IMG/VR virus record: IMGVR_UViG_2917865565_000001
Coordinates: 1-43,765 of that record
DNA: 43,765 nucleotides
Source: a virus
Taxonomy: Duplodnaviria > Heunggongvirae > Uroviricota > Caudoviricetes
Reading direction: 5' to 3' (one strand)
Part shown: positions 24,738 through 34,595 of the stretch, piece after piece
Layout: each line of letters begins with the position of its first letter
Numbering within the stretch: position 1 is the first letter of the stretch
Notes under the pieces: model-generated
The model's database searches: none
The model's input: the letters and a program-made list of their open reading frames with translations, nothing else
What the model was told of the DNA's origin: nothing
Program-made: the position numbers and the translations under genes

Positions 24738-25257
24738 TCAGCAACCCCGGTATCAGTTCATCCAGCGCGGCTGCTTTGTTCATGGCTTTGATGATATCCC
24801 GTTTCAGGAAATCAACATGTCGGTTTTCCAGTTCCGGAAAACGCCGCTGCACCGACAGGGGGATCCCGTCGAGAATACTGGCAATTTCACCTGCGATCCG
24901 CGACAACACGAAAGTACAGAATGCGGTTTCCACCACTTCAGCGGAGTCTCTGGCATTCTTCAGTTCCTGTGCGTCGGCCTGCGCACGCGTAAGTCGATGG
25001 CGTTCGTACTCAATAGTCCCTGGCTGGAGATCTGCCTCGCTGGACTGCCGCAGTTCTTCAACCTCCCGGCGCAGCTTTTCGTTCTCAATTTCAGCATCCC
25101 TTTCGGCATACCATTTTATAACGGCGGCAGAGTCATAAAGCACCTCATTACCCTTGCCACCGCCTCGCAGAACGGGCATTCCCTGTTCCTGCCAGTTCTG
25201 AATGGTACGGATACTCGCACCGAAAATGTCAGCCAGCTGCTTTTTGTTGACTTCCAT
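24712..25257 (-). CDS. nu1: terminase small subunit Nu1
   Basis: 181 aa, MEVNKKQLADIFGASIRTIQNWQEQGMP… matches lambda Nu1. Confidence 0.9.
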
Positions 25258-25480
25258 TGTTCATTCCACGGCCAAAAACAGAGAAAGGAAACGACAAAGG
25301 CCCAAAAGTTCGTTTTCAGCACCTGTCGTTTCCTTTCTTTTCAGGGGGTATTTTAAATAAAAACATTAAGTTACGACGAAGAAGAACGGAAACGCCTTAA
25401 ACCGGAAAATTTTCATAAATAGCGAAAACCCGCGAGGTCGCCGCCCCGTAACCTGTCGGATCGCCGGAAAGGACCCGCAA
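25258..25480. other. cos site (cosB, cosN, cosQ)
   Basis: Plus 25435..25446 aggtcgccgccc is the complement of the lambda 12-nt cohesive end GGGCGGCGACCT; GAAAGGAAACGACA-type repeats toward Nu1. Confidence 0.7.
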
Positions 25481-25645
25481 AATGATAATAATTATCATCT
25501 ACATGTCACAACGTGCATCTACGCCATCAAACCACGTCAAATAATCAATTATGACGCAGGTATCGTATTAATTGATCTGCATCAACTTAACGTAAAAACA
25601 ACTTCAGACAATACAAATCAGCGACACTGAATACGGGGCAACCTC

Positions 25646-25840
25646 ATGTCAACTAAGAACAGAACCCGCAGAACAACAACCCGCAACATCCGCTTTCCTA
25701 ACCAAATGATTGAACAAATTAACATCGCTCTTGAGCAAAAAGGGTCTGGGAATTTCTCAGCCTGGGTCATTGAAGCCTGCCGTCGGAGACTAACGTCAGA
25801 AAAGAGAGCATATACATCAATCCAAAGTGATGATGAATAA
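25646..25840 (+). CDS. small conserved prophage protein (DUF3950/YlcI-like)
   Basis: 64-aa ORF between cos and bor, same position as the equivalent lambda ORF. Confidence 0.5.
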   Translation: MSTKNRTRRTTTRNIRFPNQMIEQINIALEQKGSGNFSAWVIEACRRRLTSEKRAYTSIQSDDE

Positions 25841-26199
25841 ACATCCCGGTTTCTTCCACCATCGCACCGGAAAAGCGACTATGAGGGTAACCCTGCGTCT
25901 GTCAGCACAGTAAAACCCGGTGTGCATCGTTTTTGATTATTCCCGCACACTCACGCAGAAGGAATTCCCCGTCGGGCTACGGTCATGGTTAATGCGGGAA
26001 TACGGCGACGATACAGCGCAGCTAAAAGGGTAATGGACAGAAAGAGCGGTTTATTTCATTCCACAGGATTCTGAGTGCCCCCCTCCTCCAATAGGCTGAG
26101 CATCCACCTATATAGTTTTAATTTTCATCAATCCATTTAACTATCGTTTAATTGTTGTCACATAGGATTCTGCCGTTTTTAACAATGCAGGATAATAAG

Positions 26200-26493
26200 A
26201 TGAAAAAAATGTTGTTTTCTGCCGCTCTGGCAATGCTTATTACAGGATGTGCTCAACAGACGTTTACTGTTGGAAACAAACCGACAGCAGTAACACCAAA
26301 GGAAACCATCACCCATCACTTCTTCGTTTCGGGAATTGGACAGGAGAAAACTGTTGATGCAGCCAAAATTTGTGGCGGCGCAGAAAATGTTGTTAAAACA
26401 GAAACCCAGCAAACATTCGTAAATGGATTGCTCGGTTTTATTACTTTAGGCATTTATACTCCGCTGGAAGCGCGTGTGTATTGCTCACAATAA
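26200..26493 (+). CDS. bor: Bor lipoprotein (serum resistance)
   Basis: 97 aa from MKKML…ITGCAQQTF lipobox; matches lambda Bor. Confidence 0.85.
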   Translation: MKKMLFSAALAMLITGCAQQTFTVGNKPTAVTPKETITHHFFVSGIGQEKTVDAAKICGGAENVVKTETQQTFVNGLLGFITLGIYTPLEARVYCSQ

Positions 26494-26524
26494 TTGCATG
26501 AGTTGCCCATCGATATGGGCAGCT

Positions 26525-26986
26525 CTATCTGCACTGCTCATTAATATACTTCTGGGTTCCTTCCAGTTGTTTTTGCATAGTGATCAGCCTCTCTCTGAGG
26601 GTGAAATAATCCCGTTCAGCGGTGTCTGCCAGTCGGGGGGAGGCTGCATTATCCACGCCGGAGGCGGTGGTGGCTTCACGCACTGACTGACAGACTGCTT
26701 TGATGTGCAACCGACGACGACCAGCGGCAACATCATCACGCAGAGCATCATTTTCAGCTTTCGCATTAGCTAACTCCTTCGTGTATTTTTCATCCAGTGC
26801 AGCAACATCACGCTGGCGCATCTGCATGTCAGTAATTGCCGCGTTCGCCAGCTTCAGTTCTCTGGCATTTTTGTCGCGCTGGGCTTTGTAGGTAATGGCG
26901 TTATCACGGTAATGATTAACAGCCCATGACAGGCAGACGATGATGCAGATAACCAGAGCGGAGATAATCGCGGTTACTCTGTTCAT
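26525..26986 (-). CDS. Rz: spanin inner-membrane subunit Rz
   Basis: Matches lambda Rz from (M)[16 protein letters not shown]. Confidence 0.85.
   Translation of the reverse strand: MNRVTAIISALVICIIVCLSWAVNHYRDNAITYKAQRDKNARELKLANAAITDMQMRQRDVAALDEKYTKELANAKAENDALRDDVAAGRRRLHIKAVCQSVREATTASGVDNAASPRLADTAERDYFTLRERLITMQKQLEGTQKYINEQCR
26584..26766 (-). CDS. Rz1: spanin outer-membrane lipoprotein Rz1 (embedded in Rz, +1 frame)
   Basis: 60 aa, lipobox VVGCTS and PPPPP tract, matches lambda Rz1. Confidence 0.8.
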   Translation of the reverse strand: MRKLKMMLCVMMLPLVVVGCTSKQSVSQCVKPPPPPAWIMQPPPDWQTPLNGIISPSERG

Positions 26987-27480
26987 TGCTGACCCCACAA
27001 ACAGATTTCACGCTCAATCTCACGACGAGTCATGAGACCTTTCCATTGCTTACCGCCAGCGTATGTCCAGCGACGTAGCTGGTCACATGCGCCTTTGATA
27101 TCGCCCTGGTTTATTTTGCGAAGAAGCGTCGATGTTCTGAAATTGCCTGCACCCACGTTGTAAACGAACGAGTAAAGAGCGCCGCGCGTTGTTTCCGGTA
27201 TATCGACTTTGATGTACGGGTTAATTTGTCTGGCGACTGTGGCAAGGTCTTTATTCAGGAGGGCTTTGCATTCTGCTTCGGTATACGTTTTACCGGGAAT
27301 GATGTCTTTTCCTGTATGCCCGTAACATACAGTCCATACACCAACTATGTCTTTGTAAGGATTATGTCTCACACCTTCCAGACCATCGTTACCACTTGGG
27401 CCAGTGATTAACACAGATGCTATGGCAATAGCCCCGCCACCAATAGCAGCAGCAACGGCTTTTCGTAATGATGGAGGCAT
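26983..27480 (-). CDS. R: SAR endolysin (T4-lysozyme-like), phage-21 type
   Basis: N-terminal Gly/Ala-rich signal-anchor-release segment; matches phage 21 R as recalled, not lambda transglycosylase. Confidence 0.85.
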   Translation of the reverse strand: MPPSLRKAVAAAIGGGAIAIASVLITGPSGNDGLEGVRHNPYKDIVGVWTVCYGHTGKDIIPGKTYTEAECKALLNKDLATVARQINPYIKVDIPETTRGALYSFVYNVGAGNFRTSTLLRKINQGDIKGACDQLRRWTYAGGKQWKGLMTRREIEREICLWGQQ

Positions 27481-27695
27481 TATTCACCTCTCGCAGCCTT
27501 TCGTCTGTCTTCTCTGATTTTGAAATACAGATTTGTCAGATAAGTGAGAAAACCCAACACAAGGCTTCCAAGCACTCCAATCGCTGCCCACTGTGACGGA
27601 CTGACCTGATCCAACCACTGCAAAAACCAGTATCCTGCACTACCAGCAGATGTTCCGTAGGCAATGCCAGTTGAGATTTTGTCCATTGATTTCAT
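27480..27695 (-). CDS. S: pinholin S (dual-start), phage-21 type
   Basis: 71 aa with Met1/Met4 dual start MKSMDK, two TM segments; matches S21. Confidence 0.85.
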   Translation of the reverse strand: MKSMDKISTGIAYGTSAGSAGYWFLQWLDQVSPSQWAAIGVLGSLVLGFLTYLTNLYFKIREDRRKAARGE

Positions 27696-27813
27696 AGCAA
27701 CGCCTCCGCCAGTAACGGATTGCGTAGTTCTTATATTGGGAAGGGGAAAAAAGAAGGCCGCAGCGTAACTATCACTGATGAATTCAGGATAGCCAGTGGC
27801 TACGGCTCAGTTA

Positions 27814-27889
27814 TGGTGCTGGTTAACGGACTTGAACCGCTACCCATTCGCTTACAAGGCGACTGCTCTACCATTAGAGCTAAACCAGC
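27814..27889 (-). tRNA. tRNA-Thr (anticodon UGU)
   Basis: 76 nt; perfect 7-bp acceptor and 4-bp D stems; G18G19, TTC T-loop, encoded CCA; anticodon loop CTTGTAA; one mismatch in anticodon stem. Confidence 0.7.
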
Positions 27890-27894
27890 ATGTT

Positions 27895-27969
27895 TGGCGG
27901 GACAGCGTGGACTCGAACCACGATAAGAAGGTTAACAGCCTTCCGTAATGACCTTTATACGACTGACCC
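27895..27969 (-). tRNA. tRNA-Asn-like (anticodon GUU), possibly degenerate
   Basis: 75 nt; perfect anticodon and T arms (GGTTCGAGTCC), CCA encoded; one mismatch each in acceptor (T4:T) and D stems. Confidence 0.55.
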
Positions 27970-27970
27970 A

Positions 27971-28030
27971 AATAAAAAATCCCGAAACCGTTATGCAGGC
28001 TCTAACTATTACCTGCGAACTGTTTCGGGA
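27971..28030 (-). terminator. tR' late terminator
   Basis: Minus strand CCCGAAAC…GTTTCGGG hairpin then ATTTTTTATT; matches lambda tR' as recalled. Confidence 0.65.
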
Positions 28031-28165
28031 TTGCATTTGCAGACCTCTCAGCCTGCGATGGTTGGAGTTCCAGACGATACGTCGAAGTGACCAACTAGGC
28101 GGAATCGGTAGTAAGCGCCGCCTCTTTTTATCTCACTACCACAACGAGCGAATTAACCCATCGTT
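27975..28165 (-). ncRNA. pR' leader / 6S-like transcript
   Basis: Region between pR' and tR' matches the lambda 6S RNA region as recalled. Confidence 0.5.
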
Positions 28166-28171
28166 GGGTCA

Positions 28172-28200
28172 AATTTACCCAACCTTATTCAAAAAGTCAA
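28172..28200 (-). promoter_or_regulatory. late promoter pR' (with qut)
   Basis: Minus strand TTGACT, 17-nt spacer, TAAATT immediately downstream of Q. Confidence 0.65.
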
Positions 28201-28242
28201 CATCATGCCGTTAATATGTTGCCATCCGTGGCAATCATGCTG

Positions 28243-28866
28243 CTAACGCGTGACCGCATTCAAAATGTTGTCTGCAATTGACTCTTCCTTGTGGCATTGC
28301 ATCACCAGGGCGTCATACAGCGGCTTAACAGTGCGTGACCAGGTGGGTTGGGTAAGGTTTGGGATTAGCATCGTTACAGCGCGATATGCTGCGCTTGCAG
28401 GCATCCTTGAATAACCGACGCCTTTACATCTTCCGCACTCTTTCTCAACAACTCTCCCCCACTGCTCTGTTTTTGCTATATCAACCGCACGGCCTGTACC
28501 GTGGCAATCTCTGCATCTTGCGCCCGGCGTCGCGGCACTACGGCAATAATCCGCATAAGCGAATGTTGCGAGCACTTGCAGTACCTTTGCCTTAGTATTT
28601 CCTTCGAGCTTTGCCACACCACGGTATTTCCCCGATACCTTGTGTGCAAATTGCATCAGATAGTTGATAGCCTTTTGTTTGTCGTTCTGGCTGAGTTCGT
28701 GCTTACCACAGAATGCAGCCATTCCGAATCCGGCTTGTGATTGCGCCATCCCCATAGCAGCCATCACATCAGTACCGGAAAGAGAGTCGGAAGCCGTGGC
28801 CCGTGGTGAGTCGCTCATCATCGGGCTTTTTGGCGAATGAAATTTAGCTACGCTTTCGAGTCTCAT
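28243..28866 (-). CDS. Q: late antiterminator Q
   Basis: 207 aa, matches lambda Q incl. zinc-finger cysteines. Confidence 0.9.
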   Translation of the reverse strand: MRLESVAKFHSPKSPMMSDSPRATASDSLSGTDVMAAMGMAQSQAGFGMAAFCGKHELSQNDKQKAINYLMQFAHKVSGKYRGVAKLEGNTKAKVLQVLATFAYADYCRSAATPGARCRDCHGTGRAVDIAKTEQWGRVVEKECGRCKGVGYSRMPASAAYRAVTMLIPNLTQPTWSRTVKPLYDALVMQCHKEESIADNILNAVTR

Positions 28867-29051
28867 CGTCTTCCCTTTTTGCCTGGCGTTACCATCAGGA
28901 CGCCGTTAACTATTGCGTGACGCTCGCCTTTGCTGTCTCGGTCGTACTTGAGCACTGTTCCTCTTGCGCAGGAAAGCATCCTCGCCACTTCGGTCTGATT
29001 GCCTCGTGTTTGGATAAGAGGCTCTGGTATCGTTTGAATTGTGGCGTTCAT
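28863..29051 (-). CDS. ninH: NinH-like HTH protein
   Basis: YGNQTEVAR…RGTV…HAIVN pattern as in lambda NinH. Confidence 0.7.
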   Translation of the reverse strand: MNATIQTIPEPLIQTRGNQTEVARMLSCARGTVLKYDRDSKGERHAIVNGVLMVTPGKKGRR

Positions 29052-29410
29052 ACGTTCTCCAGTTCGGTGATTTTTATTCCAAGCCTTCCGCCTGGAACTT
29101 TCACGCCACGAATTACGCGAATGTCATCGAATTGCTCGTCGTCTTCCGCAAATCCGGCGTGGATAAGGGAGTCGAGTAAACCTTTCAGGATGTTGTCGAG
29201 GTCGCGGCGGCGGGAGTCTGGAACGTCTGCGATGACTTTGATGCGGAGTCGTGATTTGGTGAAAATGTCTAACTTGAGTTGGCGGATGATTTGCTGTACG
29301 TCTTTTCGGTATTTCTGGCCTTTATCGCTTATGTAATATTGGCTTCCTCGTCTTCGCCAGTAGGTATTCAGAGACGGCGGGTATGGAAGCACAAACTGAT
29401 ATTCGTTCAT
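29048..29410 (-). CDS. rusA: Holliday junction resolvase RusA
   Basis: 120 aa; PDxRRRDLDN motif. Confidence 0.85.
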   Translation of the reverse strand: MNEYQFVLPYPPSLNTYWRRRGSQYYISDKGQKYRKDVQQIIRQLKLDIFTKSRLRIKVIADVPDSRRRDLDNILKGLLDSLIHAGFAEDDEQFDDIRVIRGVKVPGGRLGIKITELENV

Positions 29411-29697
29411 GGCTTAATCTTCCCCTCCTTCAGTAGTATCGCCTGCGTCCTGATCACGCCTTCGAGGTGGTAAAGTCTGGCGTCTTTGTTGTCGAGATTA
29501 TGGGTGCGTCGGTCGATTTCATCGTGACACGCGCTACAAGCCCATGCGCCGATCAGGTCGTCAGGTTTCATTCCCGTTCCGCAAATTCCAGCCATCCGGT
29601 AATGTGCCAGAACTGTAGTTTCAGGGTTGCCATTGCATACGCCGTAAATACGTACCTGGCATTCTCTGCCGCGTGCTTCTTTGCGTAGGTTAGCCAT
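29407..29697 (-). CDS. YbcO-like (DUF1364) putative nuclease
   Basis: RGRECQVR…CNGNPET…HDEIDRR pattern as in DLP12 YbcO. Confidence 0.6.
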   Translation of the reverse strand: MANLRKEARGRECQVRIYGVCNGNPETTVLAHYRMAGICGTGMKPDDLIGAWACSACHDEIDRRTHNLDNKDARLYHLEGVIRTQAILLKEGKIKP

Positions 29698-29966
29698 TAT
29701 GGTTCACTCCAGTAATTCTCAATTGCAGCTGCCATTCTCTGCATCCACTCTGCCAGCTTTAACGCGGCTTCTCTTTCAGAACCACATTTAGGGAAATCCT
29801 TCATTTCCATGCTGGCCTTATATGTTCTGAATGCCAGGTCTCCGGTAATAACCAACTCCTGATCAAGCACCGAGCGTTTATTCCGGTGTTGAACGTAATA
29901 GACAGATTCAGTCCGCATTTCTTCTCTGTCTTTTTTGAAGGAAATAAGCTCAGAGAAATCACTCAT
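29697..29966 (-). CDS. hypothetical nin-region protein
   Basis: 89-aa ORF with coupled start/stop. Confidence 0.5.
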   Translation of the reverse strand: MSDFSELISFKKDREEMRTESVYYVQHRNKRSVLDQELVITGDLAFRTYKASMEMKDFPKCGSEREAALKLAEWMQRMAAAIENYWSEP

Positions 29967-30171
29967 CGTCTTCTTCCTCGTACATTGAGCTATTCGGATC
30001 GCTCATCAGTTCTGCGCAGCAATCGGAGCACACGTGAACTTCCAGCACATGAAGCTTCTGACCGCAGTTAGCGCACGTTAAAGCCCGCTCGACGCTTTCT
30101 TGTTCGTAACTTCGATTTTGGTCAATCACCTTGTTTTCCTCGCACGATGTCTTAGCCACCGGATATCCCAC
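29959..30171 (-). CDS. ninF: NinF-like zinc-binding protein
   Basis: [24 protein letters not shown]…[13 protein letters not shown]…EEEDD matches lambda NinF. Confidence 0.6.
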   Translation of the reverse strand: MGYPVAKTSCEENKVIDQNRSYEQESVERALTCANCGQKLHVLEVHVCSDCCAELMSDPNSSMYEEEDDE

Positions 30172-30308
30172 AGGTGAGCCGTGTAATTGAAGGTTTTTAC
30201 GTCAGATTCTTTTGGGATTGGCTTGCGTTTATTTCTGGAGCGTTTCGTTGGAAGGTATTTGCAGTTTTCGCAGATGATGTCGGTGAAACTTCGTCGCTGT
30301 CGTCTCAT
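30126..30308 (-). CDS. ninE: NinE
   Basis: 60 aa, matches lambda NinE. Confidence 0.75.
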   Translation of the reverse strand: MRRQRRSFTDIICENCKYLPTKRSRNKRKPIPKESDVKTFNYTAHLWDIRWLRHRARKTR

Positions 30309-30715
30309 TCGTACCTCCTGTCGGTAAATCTGACACCCTGACCAATAGCCCAGGCTGTTGTGTACTCGATCAGACTTGCCATACGCTTCACGCTCATCTG
30401 CGCGCTGCTTTCGCGAATGTTGACGTATTCGCCTTCAAGGCCGGGCAAAACATCAGCTTCCTGCTTTGTTGCCACTGCATGACCGCTGATCAACAAAACC
30501 TTCCATTGTTCTGGTTTTAACCATTTATCGCGCCACTGAACTTGCCTAGCGATATCTGCGACCATCGCGTGAAATTTTGCGTTCTGGTCAAGGTTGCGCT
30601 TGTAGTCAGTAATGCGGATGGTGACTGGCTTGTCTTTATCGAGTGGTGTTGCGAGGATGGCATTTATTGCAGCTTGCTGTTGTTGCTTAGTTCGGAGGAA
30701 GATTGTTTGCTTCAT
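30305..30715 (-). CDS. ninB: NinB-like recombination protein
   Basis: [17 protein letters not shown] resembles lambda NinB core. Confidence 0.6.
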   Translation of the reverse strand: MKQTIFLRTKQQQQAAINAILATPLDKDKPVTIRITDYKRNLDQNAKFHAMVADIARQVQWRDKWLKPEQWKVLLISGHAVATKQEADVLPGLEGEYVNIRESSAQMSVKRMASLIEYTTAWAIGQGVRFTDRRYE

Positions 30716-31062
30716 CGAAAATTCTTCTCTTTAATTCCAGCGGCTCTGATAGCTTTCATTACTGCAATTACCGTTTTGTCACGCCCATCCTCATAACCCA
30801 TCGCATAAGCACCTTCTTCACCATCTTTCCAAAAGTCGTCATTCGATTCGGGCCAGTCGATATCCAGTTCAATAGCTGCTCGCGATGCCTGCCACGTTTG
30901 CCAGTGGCCTTGAACATCGTCCATCACGTATTGACCACCAATATTACCGCTGCCAATTTCATGGTGATTTTCAGGGTAACGGATAAGGTCTGAAGATTCG
31001 CCTCCACGTCGCAACCAACTTTCTTCAAACTGCTTTCTTGATTCGTCCATATCACTCTCCAT
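30712..31062 (-). CDS. hypothetical acidic protein
   Basis: 116-aa ORF, Asp/Glu/Trp-rich. Confidence 0.5.
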   Translation of the reverse strand: MESDMDESRKQFEESWLRRGGESSDLIRYPENHHEIGSGNIGGQYVMDDVQGHWQTWQASRAAIELDIDWPESNDDFWKDGEEGAYAMGYEDGRDKTVIAVMKAIRAAGIKEKNFR

Positions 31063-31077
31063 CGATGATTTTTTGGG

Positions 31078-31260
31078 TCACCAATAATATTTGATAGTCG
31101 CCATAATTATCGGTAGCAACGCGCAGACGACTGAAAACCGTAAAACAAAACCCGCTCCCAATATGCGATATCCATTCTTCCAGAGAACAAAACTCATAAT
31201 CAGAAGACATCCATGAAAAATCGCGACAAGAAATAAACTATAAATAAATGCATTTGCCAT
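31078..31260 (-). CDS. small membrane protein
   Basis: 60 aa, two hydrophobic segments. Confidence 0.45.
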   Translation of the reverse strand: MANAFIYSLFLVAIFHGCLLIMSFVLWKNGYRILGAGFVLRFSVVCALLPIIMATIKYYW

Positions 31261-31266
31261 CAGTGC

Positions 31267-31587
31267 TTACCCTCTCTCACTTAATCTCCTCCACGCTTCG
31301 TTAAACTCATCTCTGGTTGCGCCGGATTTTCTTTCTTCAAACATCATGCATTCGCTGATGTCTCCCCATGACTTTGGTCGCTTTTCAGCGAACAGATCAT
31401 CCCATTCAAATACCCAGCGGCCTGATTTTCGGTAGTGGTAAATGGTCAGCCATGTTGTGCTGTTCGCTGGATACCCATAGAGAACTTCGACTTTTTGATC
31501 ACGGTCTTTATGCTTCTTCAGCAGGATAAAGCCAGCAACCAGCGAAGCTCCGGCAAGAATGATGATTGGAATTTGCCAGTCAGCCAC
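31267..31587 (-). CDS. membrane-anchored small protein
   Basis: 106 aa; N-terminal TM helix then charged soluble domain. Confidence 0.5.
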   Translation of the reverse strand: MADWQIPIIILAGASLVAGFILLKKHKDRDQKVEVLYGYPANSTTWLTIYHYRKSGRWVFEWDDLFAEKRPKSWGDISECMMFEERKSGATRDEFNEAWRRLSERG

Positions 31588-31599
31588 GCTTACCTCCGC

Positions 31600-31806
31600 T
31601 TAACTCACAAAACGCCACGCCATTTTTGCTACGACAACAGGCATAACACCGATAATCACCCACAGGAGAATGCTACCGAAAAGCACACCCACCAGGTCTT
31701 TACCTTCGCCTACCAACCGGACAAAACTGCTGGCAACCACAATGAACGTCACCACCATCCACGACGCACCGAGAAGTCTCAATGCAGAGAAAATCAACTC
31801 AACCAC
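31600..31806 (-). CDS. small membrane protein
   Basis: 68 aa, two hydrophobic segments. Confidence 0.45.
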   Translation of the reverse strand: MVELIFSALRLLGASWMVVTFIVVASSFVRLVGEGKDLVGVLFGSILLWVIIGVMPVVVAKMAWRFVS

Positions 31807-31878
31807 GATTTACTCTCCCCCAAATAAAAAGGCCTGCGATTACCAGCAGGCCTGTTATTAGCTCAGTGATGTAGATGG

Positions 31879-33255
31879 TCATACGTCAGCCCCTTGTGCA
31901 TATCGTCTGCCACGTGCAGCAGGTGCATTTGATGCTGTGCAAATCTGTCTGGCTTCATCCTGGTCACATGCAACAAAGTGTCCGTTGCAGAACCGCTGGT
32001 AAACCGTACCAAGCGAGCCAAAACGGTTTTTCGTTACGATGATTTCAGCAAATGGCGCGGCGCTACTGTTCTCGTCATATACCGCTTCCCGATAGAGCAT
32101 GATGATTGAGTCTGCGTCCTGTTCAATGCTTCCTGAATCACGCAAATCTGCGTTTGTCGGGCGTTTGTTTGGTCGCTTCTCAACATCGCGTGAAAGCTGA
32201 CTTAGGGAGATAACAGGCGTTTTCAGGTCTTTCGCCATCGCCTTAAGGCTTCCTGAGATGTGAGCAATTGCGAGGTCGTTGCGATCTGCTTTCGGCTTCT
32301 CAATCAGGCCAAGATAATCCGCCATGATTAGTGACAGGTTTGGATTTTCCTGTTTATGCCGTTCTGCGATTGAGCGTATTTCTTCGACCGATAACCGCGA
32401 GGCATCGACTACCCATACATCCAAATCTGCAAGCTGACTCATGCCGTTAGCAACACGCGCCCAGCCTTCGTCATCCATCGATGCAGGATTTCGCAGTACG
32501 CTAACCGACATCCTCCCGGCGTTGGCAATGCTTCGCTCTGCAATCTGCAATGCGCTCATTTCCATCGAGAAAATCAATACTCCGCGCCGGACGTCAGAAC
32601 CAGGAATAACGCGACTTGCAACGCCTTCGGCAATCTTCAGCGCCAGCTCGGTTTTCCCCATACCCGGACGAGCAGCGATAATCACCAGGTCTTCCGCGTT
32701 CATCCCTCCGGTGATGGCGTCAAGTTCTTCGATTCCGGTCTTCAGGGTATCTGATTCCTCTCCGTTCCTCAGACGCCTGTCAAGCGTGTCAGTGTAGTCA
32801 GTGATGATTTCCCCTAACCGTACAGGTTTAACCTCGTCACGGGGCTTTCTGATAGCTGAGAGACGTTTTACAAGTTCATCCATCGCCTGACTCGATACGT
32901 CGATGGTTCCGCTCTGAATTGGTTCACGCATTTCATCCATGATTTCCAGCACCAGACGGCGGTGATAGTTATCCGCGACCATTCCGGCATATCCCTTCAG
33001 GTTTGCGGCACTCGGGCAGTTTTTGCTGGTCATCAGGATTGACGTGAAATGCTCCTCTCCGCACGCCTCGGCAACCATCAGCGCGTCGATTAGGTTTCTG
33101 TTTCGCGCCTGCTTGCGGATAACCTCGAAGGCTTTCCGGTAGAGCGGAATTGAAAACGCTTCCGGCTCAAGCGTTGCCAGAACGTCACTGGCAGTTGGTG
33201 TTAATCCACCAATCAGCAGTCCACCGATAACGCTCGCTTCGATATCCTGTTTCAT
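31879..33255 (-). CDS. replicative DNA helicase (DnaB family)
   Basis: 458 aa; Walker A ARPGMGKT, DnaB-like C-terminal RecA fold. Confidence 0.85.
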   Translation of the reverse strand: MKQDIEASVIGGLLIGGLTPTASDVLATLEPEAFSIPLYRKAFEVIRKQARNRNLIDALMVAEACGEEHFTSILMTSKNCPSAANLKGYAGMVADNYHRRLVLEIMDEMREPIQSGTIDVSSQAMDELVKRLSAIRKPRDEVKPVRLGEIITDYTDTLDRRLRNGEESDTLKTGIEELDAITGGMNAEDLVIIAARPGMGKTELALKIAEGVASRVIPGSDVRRGVLIFSMEMSALQIAERSIANAGRMSVSVLRNPASMDDEGWARVANGMSQLADLDVWVVDASRLSVEEIRSIAERHKQENPNLSLIMADYLGLIEKPKADRNDLAIAHISGSLKAMAKDLKTPVISLSQLSRDVEKRPNKRPTNADLRDSGSIEQDADSIIMLYREAVYDENSSAAPFAEIIVTKNRFGSLGTVYQRFCNGHFVACDQDEARQICTASNAPAARGRRYAQGADV

Positions 33256-34073
33256 GCAATCCCCCTGTCTGCAAACTTCCCTTCCCGTACTCCCGTTAAC
33301 GAATCTTCCCTCAGCAGGTAATCAAAATCGGCCGTCCAGCCCGTGTCGTTATCTCCGAAGTAAAACGGCTTGGCCTGATGCACAAACGCCCTGACATACG
33401 CTCTGAAACCGTCCACGTTTGGCGTTTTCAGTTGCGGGATGATTTTCTTCAGGCGGCGTTTGCGTTTCTCGTTGACCGCAACAGCGTGTGGCAGTCTGTC
33501 ACCGACTTCGGTGTTGTAGGCGTTCAGGAAGGATTCGTAGTCGATTCGTTCTGCCTTGCGACGTTCAGGTTTAACCTGCCCATCGCCGCCCCCGTTAGGG
33601 GGTAAGGGGGTATTTGTATTTATTGTCTTTTGTATATTGTCTTTTGTGTTTAGCTGACTTGGCTTATACCCATTAGCCGACTCGGCTAATGTTTTATTAG
33701 CTGTTTTAGCTAATGTTAAGCTGTCCTGGCTAATCCACTGCGAAACCACCTTGTTCACTCCGATTTTCACGCCATCAGCAATGAGGAATTTACGCTCAAT
33801 AAGCTGGCGCTTGGCAGCGCAAACATGAGTGTGATGAATACCTGTCATGGCTGCTATCTGCGTGTTTGTGAGTCGATCCATCGGCTTATTGAATCCGTAT
33901 GTCTTGCGCATGATAGCGAGCATCACCTTCAACTGCCGGACGGTTAAATCAGCCATCAGCAGACTGTCGGTAATCTCGTTAGCAACGCGCATGAAACCAT
34001 CTTCGGTATCTGCCACGCGATGCTCCACGACCTCCAGTTGAGGCCTGTAATCAGCTAACTTAACGACGCCCAT
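33252..34073 (-). CDS. replication initiator (O-like, P22 gene-18 type)
   Basis: 273 aa; N-terminal DNA-binding domain, Gly/Pro linker, C-terminal domain; ori-like repeats within. Confidence 0.75.
   Translation of the reverse strand: MGVVKLADYRPQLEVVEHRVADTEDGFMRVANEITDSLLMADLTVRQLKVMLAIMRKTYGFNKPMDRLTNTQIAAMTGIHHTHVCAAKRQLIERKFLIADGVKIGVNKVVSQWISQDSLTLAKTANKTLAESANGYKPSQLNTKDNIQKTINTNTPLPPNGGGDGQVKPERRKAERIDYESFLNAYNTEVGDRLPHAVAVNEKRKRRLKKIIPQLKTPNVDGFRAYVRAFVHQAKPFYFGDNDTGWTADFDYLLREDSLTGVREGKFADRGIA
33590..33760. other. putative replication origin (iterons plus AT-rich tract) inside the initiator gene
   Basis: Repeated GGCTAAT/AGCTAAT units, palindrome tagccgactcggcta, direct repeats ttgtcttttgt, located in linker-coding region. 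Confidence 0.5.
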
Positions 34074-34269
34074 GTTTCACTCCTGCTTTGGCTAGTCTGT
34101 AAACACCAACAAGGCGCTCTGCGAACGCCCTGTTATTTGCTGCGGCTACCACTAATCCCTCAGGTGAATCAGGGTGTCGAATCTCTTCTTTTTCCTGGTA
34201 TTTCTTACGACGTTTTGTCATAATTACTCCTGTGGATTGATCCAGTCTTTCTACATCATCAGGCCTCAA
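34060..34269 (-). CDS. hypothetical small basic protein
   Basis: 69-aa ORF between cII-like gene and initiator; true start may be internal Met17. Confidence 0.35.
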   Translation of the reverse strand: MRPDDVERLDQSTGVIMTKRRKKYQEKEEIRHPDSPEGLVVAAANNRAFAERLVGVYRLAKAGVKHGRR

Positions 34270-34537
34270 AACTGTTGCAGCAGTCTTGAGGCTTTTCTTT
34301 TGTCAGCACCATGGCTACTTTCTTTGCCAGCTCCGCTAATTCCTCGTCTTCAACACCCCACTCCAGCACAGCCAGAAGCATGGCCATCTTTGGGATAAAG
34401 CTGTCTTTCCATCGCGAAATTTGCGATTCATTAATCCCTAATGCATCAGCAACCTTTCGCTGACCACGTACAGCAATTCGATTTAGGATGTTGCTTGTAA
34501 TTGCATTCGCTTTCTTGCGAGTACTTGTAAGTTGCAT
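34259..34537 (-). CDS. cII: CII-like transcriptional activator (P22 c1 type)
   Basis: 92 aa from internal ATG with AAGGAA RBS; motif …ESQISRWK…MLLAVLEWGV as in lambda CII. Confidence 0.75.
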   Translation of the reverse strand: MQLTSTRKKANAITSNILNRIAVRGQRKVADALGINESQISRWKDSFIPKMAMLLAVLEWGVEDEELAELAKKVAMVLTKEKPQDCCNSFEA

Positions 34538-34595
34538 ATGTAAGTATTTCCTTAACAAATAAGAAGTTATACGCACCAACTGATGCGCGTTGTAT

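Noticed and set aside
27720-28214. Three overlapping plus-strand ORFs (68, 66 and 88 aa)
   Set aside because: Region is occupied on the minus strand by two tRNAs, tR', the 6S-like leader and pR'
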